Positions 27,818-38,759 are shown, numbered from the stretch's first letter. The stretch is 64,000 nucleotides of DNA from Gammaproteobacteria bacterium (GCA_022822625.1 JAJEAV010000005.1:9965-73964); one strand, 5' to 3'. Numbers and translations are program-made. Notes: generated by a model from the letters alone, not told the origin.

Positions 27818-28905
27818 TGGCAAAAGAGAGAAAAGAATCGATATCCGGTTTGCGGGACCAGATCGACAATATTGATCTGGAAATTCTCCAGTTGATGAAT
27901 CAAAGACTCACGGTGGCATCCAAAATTGCCGATATCAAGCACGGGCAGCAAAACCCCACATACTATCTCCCAGAGCGTGAGGCCCAGGTTTTACGGCGGT
28001 TGCAGGAGTTGAACGGGGATGGCCATATGTCAGACGGCGCAATCGAAAGCCTGTTCCGGGAAATCATGTCCATCACCAGGCATTCGGAATCCGAAATGTC
28101 GGTTTCCATATTGGGTCCACCGGGCACCTATACGGAAGCGGCGGCTCGCAAGCATTTTGGTCAAGCCGTACATATTACCGACCATCCGACAATCGATGAA
28201 ATCTTCAAGGCTACCGAGACGGGATCAACGGATTTTTCCGTAGTGCCGGTTGAAAATTCAACTGAAGGGGGTGTGACTGGAACGCTGGATCGTCTTTGCA
28301 GCACCATGCTTACGGTGTGTGGAGAAATCGATCTCGAAATTCACCACTGCCTGCTCGGCAACGCTGAATCCCTGGATCAGGTCAAGGTGATTTATGGACA
28401 TACCCAGTCACTTGGCCAGTGTCGCGAATGGATCGAAAAGAACTGTCCCCAGGCCGAGAGAATGCCCGTCGGCAGTAATGCCGATGCAGCGGTCAAGGCA
28501 ACGAATGAGCCTCAAAGCGCAGCCATTGCGAGTGAAATCGCGGCAGATCGCTATGAACTCAATGTTCTGGTCAGGAACATTGAAGACGACCCCGGCAACT
28601 CCACTCGTTTTCTGGTGTTGTCCAAACGGCCGACACCCCAGAGTGGCAAGGACAAGACTTCACTCATTATTGCTGCGGTCAACAAGCCGGGGGCCCTGGT
28701 CGAACTGCTGGTTCCCCTGCTGGACGAAAAAATCGATATGACTCGTCTCGAATCCAGACCATCCAGGATCGGGCTGTGGGCCTACGTTTTCTTTATTGAC
28801 ATCATCGGACACCAGGATGAAGAACATGTTGATCGGGCCCTGCAAACCCTTCGCTCCAAGGCAGGGTTCTACAAGAATCTGGGTTCCTATCCAGCTGCCC
28901 TGTGA
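27817..28905 (+). CDS. pheA: Bifunctional chorismate mutase / prephenate dehydratase
   Basis: CM domain (LRDQIDNIDLEILQLMNQR), PDT domain (TRF, ESRP motifs) and an ACT domain. The start overlaps the gyrA stop (TAATG). Confidence 0.9.
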   Translation: MAKERKESISGLRDQIDNIDLEILQLMNQRLTVASKIADIKHGQQNPTYYLPEREAQVLRRLQELNGDGHMSDGAIESLFREIMSITRHSESEMSVSILGPPGTYTEAAARKHFGQAVHITDHPTIDEIFKATETGSTDFSVVPVENSTEGGVTGTLDRLCSTMLTVCGEIDLEIHHCLLGNAESLDQVKVIYGHTQSLGQCREWIEKNCPQAERMPVGSNADAAVKATNEPQSAAIASEIAADRYELNVLVRNIEDDPGNSTRFLVLSKRPTPQSGKDKTSLIIAAVNKPGALVELLVPLLDEKIDMTRLESRPSRIGLWAYVFFIDIIGHQDEEHVDRALQTLRSKAGFYKNLGSYPAAL

Positions 28906-29157
28906 TCATGATCGGGCTTCGACTGCGTTTTTGGCATGCTCGCAGTGCCTTACCCGTCTCCAGGATAGTCGGCATGCCTGATTCTGAACCGACAGCTTCC
29001 GGCTTGCTTCCCTATGCAAAGGGGCATAACCGTGCAGCAGGCAATGTGCCGCAACACTGATGAGTAATGATTAAATACATCTGGAGCAAGACTTTGCCGG
29101 GAAGTCACGAGATTACGCTGACCGGTTCCTTCAATCGCCATGCCTTGATTGACGCGA

Positions 29158-30051
29158 ATGAGTAACGGTACTCCCCTGATACGAAAACTCGTCATTGTAG
29201 GGGTGGGCTTGATTGGAGGATCCCTGGCACTGGCATTACGCCGCGCTGGCGCAGTAAGTGAAATCATTGGTGTTGGACGCAGCAAGGTCAATCTGAACAA
29301 GGCCATTGAAGCTGGTGCCATAGACCGAGTGTCCTCTGACCTCATTGATGTTGCGCAGGATGTAGACATGATTGTTCTTGCTACCCCGGTTAATACGATC
29401 AACCTTTATTTGCACGAGTTATCAGCGAGACCGCCAAAGGACGTTATCATCACCGACGTCGGGAGCGTCAAGCAGGATATTATGCTTACCGCCAGGCAGT
29501 GCCTGAATGAGCAGTACAGGAATTTTGTGCCGGGCCATCCGATCGCAGGACGTGAAAGGCCTGGTATTGATGCGGCAAGTCCTGGACTGTTTGAAAATCA
29601 CAGTGTCGTGCTGACTCCTGACGAGGGTACTGATTCCCGGGCAATAGATCTGGTAAGGAAGATGTGGCTGGTGACGGGTGCATCAATCATTCTCATGGAT
29701 CAACAAGAGCATGATGCGGTGTTGTCCCTGACCAGCCATCTGCCGCATGTCCTGGCCTACGTGATGATGAATTATCTGGCTAATGATGCCAATGCCGAGC
29801 GTTGCTATCAGATGACTGCGGGAGGGTTTTATGATTTTACGAGAACCGCATCAAGCGACCCCGAAATGTGGAAAGACATTTCGATCATGAACAGGGATAA
29901 CTTAATGAAGGATATTCGTCAATTCCAAGTTCGGCTTGAAGATATTGCCATGATGATCCAGAACAGCGATGATGCCAGCCTGGAGAGACTGTTTCAGGAT
30001 GCTCGTCAGGCTCGATCACTGGTTATGGAGAAGAGAAATCCAGGTGAATAG
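29158..30051 (+). CDS. tyrA: Prephenate/arogenate dehydrogenase
   Basis: Rossmann motif VIVGVGLIGGS, a GHPIAG motif, and position between pheA and aroA. Confidence 0.85.
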   Translation: MSNGTPLIRKLVIVGVGLIGGSLALALRRAGAVSEIIGVGRSKVNLNKAIEAGAIDRVSSDLIDVAQDVDMIVLATPVNTINLYLHELSARPPKDVIITDVGSVKQDIMLTARQCLNEQYRNFVPGHPIAGRERPGIDAASPGLFENHSVVLTPDEGTDSRAIDLVRKMWLVTGASIILMDQQEHDAVLSLTSHLPHVLAYVMMNYLANDANAERCYQMTAGGFYDFTRTASSDPEMWKDISIMNRDNLMKDIRQFQVRLEDIAMMIQNSDDASLERLFQDARQARSLVMEKRNPGE

Positions 30052-30066
30052 CGATCGAGGGCAGAA

Positions 30067-31401
30067 ATGCGGTCAGGTCCGTTGATGAGCAATTTGATAT
30101 TTCATACACATCCTTCATGGAGTCTTCAGGGGCAATTGAGAGTTGCCAGCGACAAGTCCATATCTCACCGTTCGGTGATATTGGGTTCGATTGCCAATGG
30201 GAGGACCCGCATTGAAGACCTTCTGGAAGGCGAGGACGTTCTGGCGAATATTCGGGCATTTCAGATGATGGGTGTAAACATAGTTAGAAACATTGAAGAG
30301 CATGGCCCGATATATACGATAGATGGAGTTGGGCTGGACGGTCTTCATGCGCCAGACCGGAATCTGGACCTGGGTAATTCGGGGACAGCATTTCGGTTGA
30401 TTGCCGGCCTGCTGTCGAGTCAGCAATTTGCTTCGACCCTGACCGGAGATGCATCCTTGTCGACCCGCCCGATGTCGCGAATCATTGATCCGTTAACGCA
30501 AATGGGGGCGATCATTCGCTCGGTGGAAGGCAGACCTCCATTGTGGATCGAGCCTTGCGAGGGGGGGCTTGTGGGTATTCGGTTTCATTCTCCTGTAGTG
30601 TCTGCGCAGGTCAAGTCAGCCATGCTTCTGGCCGGTTTAAGGGCAAGTGGAGAGACACGGGTTGTCGAAATGTCACCGACCCGGAATCACACTGAAACGA
30701 TGCTGACCGGTTTTGGGTATCCGGTTTCCGTTTCCGGTACGGAAATTTGTCTTGAGGGAGGGCATGCGTTGACTGGAACGCATATTCAGGTTCCTGCAGA
30801 TATATCTTCAGCAGCGTTTTTCATCGTGGCAGCACTTATTGTTCCGGACAGTCGATTGCAGTTGAGTGATGTAGGAATGAATCCACGACGAACAGGCATT
30901 TTGACAATATTGAGACGCATGGGTGCGGATATCAAGATTGAAAATACAAGAGTGCGGGGGGGTGAAGAGGTCGCTGATCTGGTGGTTTCCAGTTCGGAGC
31001 TCGCCGGGTGTGAAATTTCCGGAGACGATGTGGCACTCGCGATTGATGAGATTCCGGTTATCTGTATTGCCGCAGCTGCCGCGAAAGGAGAAACCATCAT
31101 CCATGGTGCTGAAGAGTTAAGGGTCAAGGAAAGTGATCGGATCAAGGCGGTTACCGAAGGATTGCAGCGACTCGGCATTGAGGTTGAGGAGCGGGCCGAT
31201 GGAATGAAGATTTACGGGGGGAAGTTCAAGTCCGCAGAAATTGACAGTTATGCAGACCACCGCATTGCCATGGCGTTCAGTGTAGCGGGCATGATCGCCG
31301 AAGGAGATGTCAGGATCATGAAATGCAGCAATGTCGCGACTTCATTCCCCAACTTTGTCGAACTGGCAAATCAGGCAGGCATGAGGATTACGCTCGAATG
31401 A
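30067..31401 (+). CDS. aroA: 3-phosphoshikimate 1-carboxyvinyltransferase (EPSP synthase)
   Basis: SDKSISHR, LGNSGTAFR and DHRIAMAF motifs. The start could instead be ATG 30085. Confidence 0.95.
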   Translation: MRSGPLMSNLIFHTHPSWSLQGQLRVASDKSISHRSVILGSIANGRTRIEDLLEGEDVLANIRAFQMMGVNIVRNIEEHGPIYTIDGVGLDGLHAPDRNLDLGNSGTAFRLIAGLLSSQQFASTLTGDASLSTRPMSRIIDPLTQMGAIIRSVEGRPPLWIEPCEGGLVGIRFHSPVVSAQVKSAMLLAGLRASGETRVVEMSPTRNHTETMLTGFGYPVSVSGTEICLEGGHALTGTHIQVPADISSAAFFIVAALIVPDSRLQLSDVGMNPRRTGILTILRRMGADIKIENTRVRGGEEVADLVVSSSELAGCEISGDDVALAIDEIPVICIAAAAAKGETIIHGAEELRVKESDRIKAVTEGLQRLGIEVEERADGMKIYGGKFKSAEIDSYADHRIAMAFSVAGMIAEGDVRIMKCSNVATSFPNFVELANQAGMRITLE

Positions 31402-32081
31402 CGGAACAGTCAACACCACGGGTTCCCGTGGTAGCCATGGACGGCCCTGGCGGATCAGGCAAGGGTACGGTTTCAACTGCCGTGGCTCGTCACTTTGGCT
31501 GGCACTATCTTGACAGCGGGGCCATTTATCGAGTGCTGGGTCATCTGGCGCATATGAATCAGGTGCGAGAGGACGATGTGCCGGGTCTGGTGGCTCTGAC
31601 ACATGATCTTGACATCGAGTTCCTGGAGCAGGGAATTGCTCTGGCCGGCCAGAATGTTGAAGGCCTGATTCGAACGGAAGGGGCGGCTGATCGAGCATCC
31701 CGCATCTCTCCGATTCCAGAGGTCAGGCACTCGTTGCTGGAGTGGCAGCGCAAGCAGGCTCGTCCTCCGGGCCTGGTCAGCGATGGCAGGGACATGGGTA
31801 GTGTGGTATTTCCAGATGCGGTATGCAAGTTTTTTATCACGGCAAGTCCGGAGAAAAGAGCAGAGCGTCGTTATAAACAGTTGAGAGAAAAAGGTTTCGA
31901 TGTTAAAATCGAAAATCTGCTTCGCGAAATTGCCGAGCGTGACGAACGTGATGCAATGCGCAAGGCTTCTCCTCTTAAACCTGCTGAGGATGCCACAGTC
32001 ATTGATACTACCGACATGAGTATCAATGACGTGATTTCAGTAGTGCTTGAAGAAGTCGGTAGATGTTTGAAAATATCTTGA
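31398..32081 (+). CDS. cmk: Cytidylate kinase
   Basis: VVAMDGPGGSGKGT P-loop. ATGA overlap with the aroA stop; the track ORF from 31323 is an upstream extension. Confidence 0.9.
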   Translation: MTEQSTPRVPVVAMDGPGGSGKGTVSTAVARHFGWHYLDSGAIYRVLGHLAHMNQVREDDVPGLVALTHDLDIEFLEQGIALAGQNVEGLIRTEGAADRASRISPIPEVRHSLLEWQRKQARPPGLVSDGRDMGSVVFPDAVCKFFITASPEKRAERRYKQLREKGFDVKIENLLREIAERDERDAMRKASPLKPAEDATVIDTTDMSINDVISVVLEEVGRCLKIS

Positions 32082-32280
32082 TGGAGAGGGTCTTGTGCAC
32101 CACGAAGCATGTTTTTGGGGTGTCTGAATCGGCATGTAATTAGGTTGGGTCATTGTGCCACGCCAAATTTATGCGATCAGACATGTTTTTTCACGATTTA
32201 GCATTTCCCTACTGATTGCCTGATTCAAGAATATGCTGTCTTGCAATGGTTCGGGAAATAATTTTTTAACAAATTGACTG

Positions 32281-33969
32281 ATGGAAAATTTTGAAGCGTT
32301 ATTGAATGAGAGCATGGATGCTGTCGAGATGAAGCCTGGTGAACTGATCATGGGCGATGTCACGGAGGCCAATGATGACTATGTGATTATCAGTGTTGGC
32401 CTCAAATCTGATGCAGAAGTTCCGGCAAACGAATTCAAGAACGCATCTGGCGACTTGACTGTTTCCATAGGAGACCGTGTTGAGGTTGCACTTGAGGCAG
32501 TTGAGGACGGTAATGGAAGTACCCGGGTCTCAAGAGAAAAAGCGATGCGGGTCAGGGCCTGGACAGAAGTAGCCGAAGCCTATGAGAATGACAGGATTGT
32601 CAACGGCATGATTGTCGGTAAAGTCAAGGGTGGGTTCACGGTTGACCTTTATGGTCTGCGTGCGTTTCTGCCGGGATCACTGGTTGACATTCGTCCGATC
32701 AAGGATTCTGCGTATATCGAAGGCCGCGATCTTGAGTTCAAGGTAATCAAGCTTGACCAGAACAAGAACAATATCGTGGTTTCACGGCGCGCCATCGTTG
32801 AAAACGAACTAGTTGAGGAGAGGGAAAAACTGCTCGAAACCCTGCAAGAGGGGCAGATTGTTAACGGTATAGTCAAGAATCTGACCGATTATGGGGCATT
32901 CGTCAATTTGGGGGGTCTTGATGGGTTGCTGCATATCACGGATATTGCCTGGAAACGTATCCGACATCCATCCGAGGTATTGTCGGTTGGAGATGAAGTC
33001 GAGGTCCGGGTCCTGAAATTTGATCGTAATGAAGGCCGTGTTTCACTCGGACTCAAGCAACTCGGTCAGGATCCCTGGCTGGATTTGGCTGAATGTCATC
33101 CGATCGGAAGCAAACTATTTGGCCGGGTAACCAACATAACCGACTATGGAGCATTCGTCGAACTTCAGGAAGGTGTAGAGGGTCTGGTGCATTTGTCCGA
33201 GATGGACTGGACGAAAAAGAACATCCATCCCGGAAGAGTCTGCCACATTGGCGATGAGGTCGAGGTAATGGTCCTCGATATTGATTCGGAGAGACGCCGC
33301 ATCTCGCTTGGCATGAAGCAGTGTATAAGCAATCCATGGGAGGAATTCGCGGCGACTCACAAGAAAGGCGATCGGATTACCGGTCAGATTCGTTCGATTA
33401 CGGACTTCGGCGTGTTTATCGGTGTCGAGGGTGGAGTTGATGGATTGGTCCATCTTTCGGATCTGTCTTGGGATAGACCGGGTGATCAGGTTGTTACCGA
33501 GTTCAAGAAAGGCGATGAACTGACCGTTGTTGTTCTATCGATTGACCCAGATCGAGAGCGAATTGCACTGGGCCTCAAGCAGGCAATGGATGATCCGCTT
33601 CAGACCTACATTACAGAAAACCCGAAAGGCAGTGTAGTCAAGGGTATCGTGAGCAAGATCAAGGATCGGGTAGCGACCATCGAACTTGCACCGAGTGTCG
33701 AGGGGCAAATCCGGATATCTGAACTTTCGAAGGAACACGTGGAAGATATCAAGAGTGTGCTGAATGTCGATGATGAAATTGAGGCGAAAATCATCAATGC
33801 TGACAAAAAGGAGCGTAAGATATCGCTTTCGATCAGAAAACTTGAAGCAGATATCGAGGATGCCGTGAAGCATGAATATTCCAGGGATTCCAAGGCAGTT
33901 ACAGTTACTACGCTAGGTGACAAGCTCAAGGCTCAATTGGAACAACAGGCCACGGATTTGGAAGAGTAA
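32281..33969 (+). CDS. rpsA: 30S ribosomal protein S1
   Basis: Six S1 repeats (GxVxxxxxxGAFVxL pattern); 562 aa. Confidence 0.97.
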   Translation: MENFEALLNESMDAVEMKPGELIMGDVTEANDDYVIISVGLKSDAEVPANEFKNASGDLTVSIGDRVEVALEAVEDGNGSTRVSREKAMRVRAWTEVAEAYENDRIVNGMIVGKVKGGFTVDLYGLRAFLPGSLVDIRPIKDSAYIEGRDLEFKVIKLDQNKNNIVVSRRAIVENELVEEREKLLETLQEGQIVNGIVKNLTDYGAFVNLGGLDGLLHITDIAWKRIRHPSEVLSVGDEVEVRVLKFDRNEGRVSLGLKQLGQDPWLDLAECHPIGSKLFGRVTNITDYGAFVELQEGVEGLVHLSEMDWTKKNIHPGRVCHIGDEVEVMVLDIDSERRRISLGMKQCISNPWEEFAATHKKGDRITGQIRSITDFGVFIGVEGGVDGLVHLSDLSWDRPGDQVVTEFKKGDELTVVVLSIDPDRERIALGLKQAMDDPLQTYITENPKGSVVKGIVSKIKDRVATIELAPSVEGQIRISELSKEHVEDIKSVLNVDDEIEAKIINADKKERKISLSIRKLEADIEDAVKHEYSRDSKAVTVTTLGDKLKAQLEQQATDLEE

Positions 33970-34009
33970 GATTCAGTTCATACCCCCCTAAAACAAGCGG
34001 AACAAGCCA

Positions 34010-34327
34010 ATGCCCACACACAAATACAAGGTCACTTTAACCAAGTCCAAACTCATCCAGAACCTGTTGAGCAAGCAGTCTCAGATGGAAGAAGAAGACA
34101 TTGAGTATGCAGTAAAATGCGTCTTGAGTCACATGATCAATGCGCTTTCCGAAGGAAGACGAATTGAAATTCGAGGTTTTGGAAGCATGAATCTTCATCA
34201 TCGCCCCCGCCGACTGAGCCGCAACCCCAAGACTGGGGAACCGGTATATGTTCCGGAGAAGTTCATGCCTCATTTCAAGCCTGGTAACGAATTGAGGATA
34301 CGGGTAAACAACAGCAAAAAAGACTAG
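34010..34327 (+). CDS. ihfB: Integration host factor subunit beta
   Basis: IEIRGFGSxxLHxRxxRxxRNPKTGE...VPHFKPGxELR signature, and position after rpsA. Confidence 0.9.
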   Translation: MPTHKYKVTLTKSKLIQNLLSKQSQMEEEDIEYAVKCVLSHMINALSEGRRIEIRGFGSMNLHHRPRRLSRNPKTGEPVYVPEKFMPHFKPGNELRIRVNNSKKD

Positions 34328-34579
34328 TTTTTGGTCCATTTATTCTGCATTGGCACAGTAGTCGAAAGCATGATCTGTACTATTCTCCGTATGCAAGAAT
34401 CCTGTGATCGATGGCATGATCGAGTTCGGGGGCTCCTGGTCAGGGACACTCTTCATTTCTGTAGCGGGCAGGCCGGGCGGGGCTGTTCGTTATTGGATAT
34501 CAGATGGTGTCGTAGTCGGGCCATGACTTAATTTGGACGGGTCGCAGAACAGTATGCGGATTCCAGTATCTATCCATCC

Positions 34580-34849
34580 TTGCCTGTTTTCGTGACCAGA
34601 CTTTTCTATTCGCTGATTGTCATCCTTATGGCGTTGATAGGGATTACATTCCCGTATATGAACAATCAGCAGGTCGATCTCCGTTATTTCGGATTTTCAG
34701 GTGAAATCAATCTTTCAGTGCTCCTGCTGTCTGTGCTGATAGCAGGTGTAGCAATCGGTTTTTTCGGCAATTTCTGGGCACTCATCCGGTGTCGAAGGAA
34801 ACTGTCTCAATCAAGGCGAAGAGCCGGAAACCTTGTTCCAGGCAGTTAA
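34580..34849 (+). CDS. lapA: Lipopolysaccharide assembly protein LapA (YciS)
   Basis: Two TM helices and an NNQQVDLRYF motif. Lies immediately upstream of lapB. Confidence 0.6.
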   Translation: MPVFVTRLFYSLIVILMALIGITFPYMNNQQVDLRYFGFSGEINLSVLLLSVLIAGVAIGFFGNFWALIRCRRKLSQSRRRAGNLVPGS

Positions 34850-35009
34850 GGCCGGATCGCTCACTATCCTGATATTCAGTTGATGCAGTTTCTGGTCCGG
34901 TCCTACGGCCGTAGCAGATGCTCTAAGTCGATTTGTTCTCGGTCAACTTAAAAGTCGGTCGGGTATAATCGACCATTCGATAAATCCCTGTTTCCTGATT
35001 GTTGTTGAA

Positions 35010-36188
35010 ATGGACCCAGTGTGGTTATTGGTTTTACTCCCTGTTGCTGCAACCAGCGGATGGCTGGTTGCGGCCTATGATCGAACTCCGAAAAAACAAC
35101 AGGCCCATATCCCCGACCGTTTCTTCGAGGGATTGAACTACCTGCTCAATGACCAACCGGATGAAGCGCTTAGAATCTTCCTTGATGCCATCGAGATGGA
35201 CAGTGGTACCATTGAAATGCACATGGCAATCGGAAACATGTTCCGCCAGCGGGGGGAGGTTGATCGTGCTACCCGGATTCATGAAAATATAGTTAAGCGC
35301 AGTGATCTTGACAACGATTTGAGAAGTCAGGCCCTGTTTGAGCTGGCCCAGGACTATTACAAGGCAGGACTATATGATCGTGCTGAAAACCTGTTTCAGG
35401 AGTTGCGAAAAATCAAGTCAGTGAAGGTCCGTGCAGGTCAACTGCTTCTGCAGATTTATGATCAGGAAAGAGAGTGGGAAAAAGCGATTGAGGTTTCCAT
35501 CGAGTTAAACAGCCATTCCGACTCCGACTACTCCCATACCATTGCGCACCTGTATTGCGAGGTTGCCGAGAGCAATATTCGAACCGGAAATTATGCGCAG
35601 GCCGAAGCCAACATAGCGTTGGCATTCCGGTATGACCAGAAATGCATTCGGGGAGTTCTTCAATCAGGTCGTCTTGCAGCGATGCATTCCAATCACAACA
35701 ATGCCATCGCTATCTGGCGGAGTCTGGAATATCTTGCTCCGGAATATTTGGGCGAAGTGGTTGCGCATATTGAAAACAGCTATAAGACTCTGGGAGACCT
35801 TGAATCCCTGCGCCAGTTTCTTGAGTCAGCGCTGGAGAAAAACACGGACAGCAGGATTATCAACTGTCTGGCTGAACTGACTCGGGAGCAGCAGGGAGAA
35901 GAGGCGAGCCAGGAACTAATGCTCAAACTGGTTCGGAAGTATCCGACTCTTGGAGGGGTATTGCAGGTTATTGCAAGTCAGAGCAGGGCCATCGGCAGTA
36001 CCGGACAGGAAAAGGATTATCAACTGCTGGCAAGTCTGATCAGTCAGGTTGTTCAGACAGGACACCATTACAGTTGCAGAAACTGCGGATTCCAGAGCAA
36101 TTCCCTGCACTGGCAGTGTCCGGGATGCAAGGCCTGGGGTGCCATGCAAAAGCCACAAGTTCCTGATCTCAAGGCGGTTCACCAGTGA
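35010..36188 (+). CDS. lapB: Lipopolysaccharide assembly protein LapB (YciM)
   Basis: N-terminal TM helix, TPR repeats, and a C-terminal rubredoxin-like CRNCGF...WQCPGCKAW. Confidence 0.85.
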   Translation: MDPVWLLVLLPVAATSGWLVAAYDRTPKKQQAHIPDRFFEGLNYLLNDQPDEALRIFLDAIEMDSGTIEMHMAIGNMFRQRGEVDRATRIHENIVKRSDLDNDLRSQALFELAQDYYKAGLYDRAENLFQELRKIKSVKVRAGQLLLQIYDQEREWEKAIEVSIELNSHSDSDYSHTIAHLYCEVAESNIRTGNYAQAEANIALAFRYDQKCIRGVLQSGRLAAMHSNHNNAIAIWRSLEYLAPEYLGEVVAHIENSYKTLGDLESLRQFLESALEKNTDSRIINCLAELTREQQGEEASQELMLKLVRKYPTLGGVLQVIASQSRAIGSTGQEKDYQLLASLISQVVQTGHHYSCRNCGFQSNSLHWQCPGCKAWGAMQKPQVPDLKAVHQ

Positions 36189-36236
36189 TGGGGTGAACGG
36201 TTCGCGCCATCATTTGCATTCATATAGCCTGATTTC

Positions 36237-37571
36237 ATGAAAGTAACCATAATCGGAACCGGTTATGTAGGTTTGGTGACTGGTGCATGTTTTGCCGATA
36301 TGGGTAATGATGTAGTATGCGTTGACTCTGATGCGAAAAAAATCGAAATGCTCAATGAGGGGGTCATCCCGATTCATGAGCAGGGTCTCGCCCCTATCGT
36401 TCATAACAACTTGACACATGGTCGTCTTCGGTTTACCACCCGGATCGCTCAGGGAATCGAGCATGGTGAAGTGAATTTCATAGCGGTTGGCACTCCGTCG
36501 GATGAGAATGGTGGTGTGGATTTGTCAAATGTCGAAAGTGTCGCAAGGTCGATCGGTGAATCACTTGAAAGATTCAAGGTGATTGTTACAAAATCGACGG
36601 TTCCGGTCGGAACAACTGATCATGTTGCGGAGATTATCCGCGAAACGCTGAACAAAAGGAAAGTTCAAGCCGATTTTGCAGTGGTTTCGAATCCCGAGTT
36701 CCTGAAAGAGGGAGTTGCCGTTCGGGATTTCATGAAGCCGGACAGGATCATTTTGGGCGGTGACGATGAACATGCCATAAACCTGCTTCGGGAGTTGTAT
36801 GCGCCATTTAATCGTAATCATGAACGATTGATCGTTATGGATGTGGTTTCTGCTGAATTAACCAAGTATGCAGCCAATTCAATACTGGCATCCAAAATAT
36901 CCTTCATGAACGAAATGTCCCAAATTGCAGAGCGGCTCGGGGCTGATATTGAATCGGTTCGTATCGGTATCGGCTCTGACCCCAGAATTGGTTATGATTT
37001 CATTTATGCGGGGTGTGGGTACGGTGGTTCCTGTTTGCCCAAGGATATTCGTGCCTTGTATCGGACGGCCGCATCAAACGGGTATCATGCACGGATTCTT
37101 GAGGCTGTTGATGCGGTTAATCACGATCAAAAGCAGGTTTTGGCCGAGCATGTCATCAATCGTTTTGGATGCGATTTATCGAAACATGCTGTTGCACTTT
37201 GGGGGCTTGCATTTAAGCCTGATACGGGTGATATGCGCGAGGCACCGAGTCGAGTCATTATGGAGACCCTCTGGAAACATGGAGCCACCATCAAGGCTTA
37301 TGATCCGGTAGCGTGTGGTACTGTTCGTGATATCTATGGTAGTCGTAAGGATTTGATGTTGTATGACGATAGTCCATTCGACGTGCTTGAAGGTGCCGAT
37401 TGTCTGATTGTCGTTACTGAATGGTCAGAGTTTCGTGGGGTTGACCTGGTCAAGGTGCGAGAAGCAATGCCTGGAAATGTGATATTTGACGGCCGCAATA
37501 TTTTCTCCCCGGAGACTGCAAAACAGGCGGGTTTTGAATACCATGGAATTGGTCGACAAAAAATTGTCTAG
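36237..37571 (+). CDS. ugd: UDP-glucose 6-dehydrogenase
   Basis: IIGTGYVGLVTGACFA Rossmann motif and the catalytic GGSCLPKD. Confidence 0.9.
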   Translation: MKVTIIGTGYVGLVTGACFADMGNDVVCVDSDAKKIEMLNEGVIPIHEQGLAPIVHNNLTHGRLRFTTRIAQGIEHGEVNFIAVGTPSDENGGVDLSNVESVARSIGESLERFKVIVTKSTVPVGTTDHVAEIIRETLNKRKVQADFAVVSNPEFLKEGVAVRDFMKPDRIILGGDDEHAINLLRELYAPFNRNHERLIVMDVVSAELTKYAANSILASKISFMNEMSQIAERLGADIESVRIGIGSDPRIGYDFIYAGCGYGGSCLPKDIRALYRTAASNGYHARILEAVDAVNHDQKQVLAEHVINRFGCDLSKHAVALWGLAFKPDTGDMREAPSRVIMETLWKHGATIKAYDPVACGTVRDIYGSRKDLMLYDDSPFDVLEGADCLIVVTEWSEFRGVDLVKVREAMPGNVIFDGRNIFSPETAKQAGFEYHGIGRQKIV

Positions 37572-37895
37572 CTCCCGCAAGCATTCTTATGGTAGGGAAC
37601 AGGATGTTTTGGCAAGGTGATATGGAAGCCGTAGGTTGGTTGATGTGCGGGTTCACGGATAATGTGAGGCTTTTTCAGTCATGAAGACAAGACGGGCTTG
37701 ATGGGCAAAAATTGGATAGGCCTTCTCTCCCGGAGGTACTCCTCCATACTGGACCAGAGTTTACACGCGAGTATCTCCTCCTTTGGTGGTGTGGAACTTA
37801 AACTTCCCCCTCGCGATCCGTGTCCAGCCTCTGGGCTTATCCTCCAAACCCGGTCAACAGGAAACACAGCCCTTATTACATGGCAAGCGGGGTGA

Positions 37896-38531
37896 TTGAG
37901 TCAGACAATAATGAGCGTTTCTTTCCAAAGACCGGTTTATGCCATGCGTGGATTAATTCATACCGATGACTGGTCAACGGACACGTCCTCAATGGGCCGT
38001 CAATTTGACGGGTCTCTGCATCAGGACTTGATCCATAAATCTATATCCGGTCTGGATCAGATGGGAGTCAAGGATATTCTAATCACTGTCAGGGCAGGAG
38101 TTGCAGGACGATTGCAGAATGTGCTTGGCAATGGGCACAACTGGGGACTTCGCTTCTCCTATGCACTCTTGAGTGAGAGTGGTGGAATTGTAGAGAGCCT
38201 GACTCTGGCAGAAGAATTTGCCGGTAGCATGAACTGTTGTCTGGTATCCGACGATGGAGCTTTTGTAAATACTGAACTCCCTGATCGGATGAAGAGCCAG
38301 CATTCGATACGTGGGGCAACGGTATTGGTTAAACCATCCTCAGGTGCTCAATCATGGCAGTCTGAGGTGGGGATGTGCATTTTTGATTCAACGGTGTATG
38401 AAAAAATCCGCACATTGGAAACCAGCGATCCAGGTATACACGATGTGCTGGGGCTTTATGAAAATGAGATGCGGCTTCGATATGCAGTGCTTGATAAAGA
38501 TGATGGTTGGCTGAATGTAGACTCGCCATAA
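37896..38531 (+). CDS. RmlA/GalU-like nucleotidyltransferase homologue with a degenerate N-terminal motif (possible pseudogene)
   Basis: GVKDILITV...LGNGHNWGLRFSY...LAEEFAGSMNCCLVSDDG aligns to RmlA GIRDILIIS...LGDGSQWGLNLQY...IGEEFIGNDDCALVLGDN. The GGxGTRL position reads HTDDWSTDT. Confidence 0.5.
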   Translation: MSQTIMSVSFQRPVYAMRGLIHTDDWSTDTSSMGRQFDGSLHQDLIHKSISGLDQMGVKDILITVRAGVAGRLQNVLGNGHNWGLRFSYALLSESGGIVESLTLAEEFAGSMNCCLVSDDGAFVNTELPDRMKSQHSIRGATVLVKPSSGAQSWQSEVGMCIFDSTVYEKIRTLETSDPGIHDVLGLYENEMRLRYAVLDKDDGWLNVDSP

Positions 38532-38759
38532 TATATTGACTAAAGCGAATGACATGATTGAAAATATCCATAGAGTCAGCCAGGAAAAAGCGGGCTGTCC
38601 AGAGAAAGCAGGCTAGTGGCACGGCTTGATTGATGAGGCTTAACTAGATGCCTTGACAGAATTGCCGGGTTCCAGGGATGGGGCCTCTTTGCCTAGTGCG
38701 CTGAACCGGAAGCCGTGTTGTCATCGGTTGATATTCAAATGAACAGGAGGGGCCACGTA

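Noticed and set aside
28950-29402. 150-aa minus-strand ORF spanning the pheA-tyrA spacer
   Set aside because: It is largely antisense to the well-supported tyrA N-terminus (Rossmann motif), and its composition is typical of a shadow frame.
37700-37895. Possible SRP/4.5S-like or other structured RNA (ccggtcaacaggaaacacagcc resembles the SRP domain IV sequence)
   Set aside because: The flanks do not form the required helix around a GGAA tetraloop, and no other conserved SRP, tmRNA, RNase P or 6S features are present.
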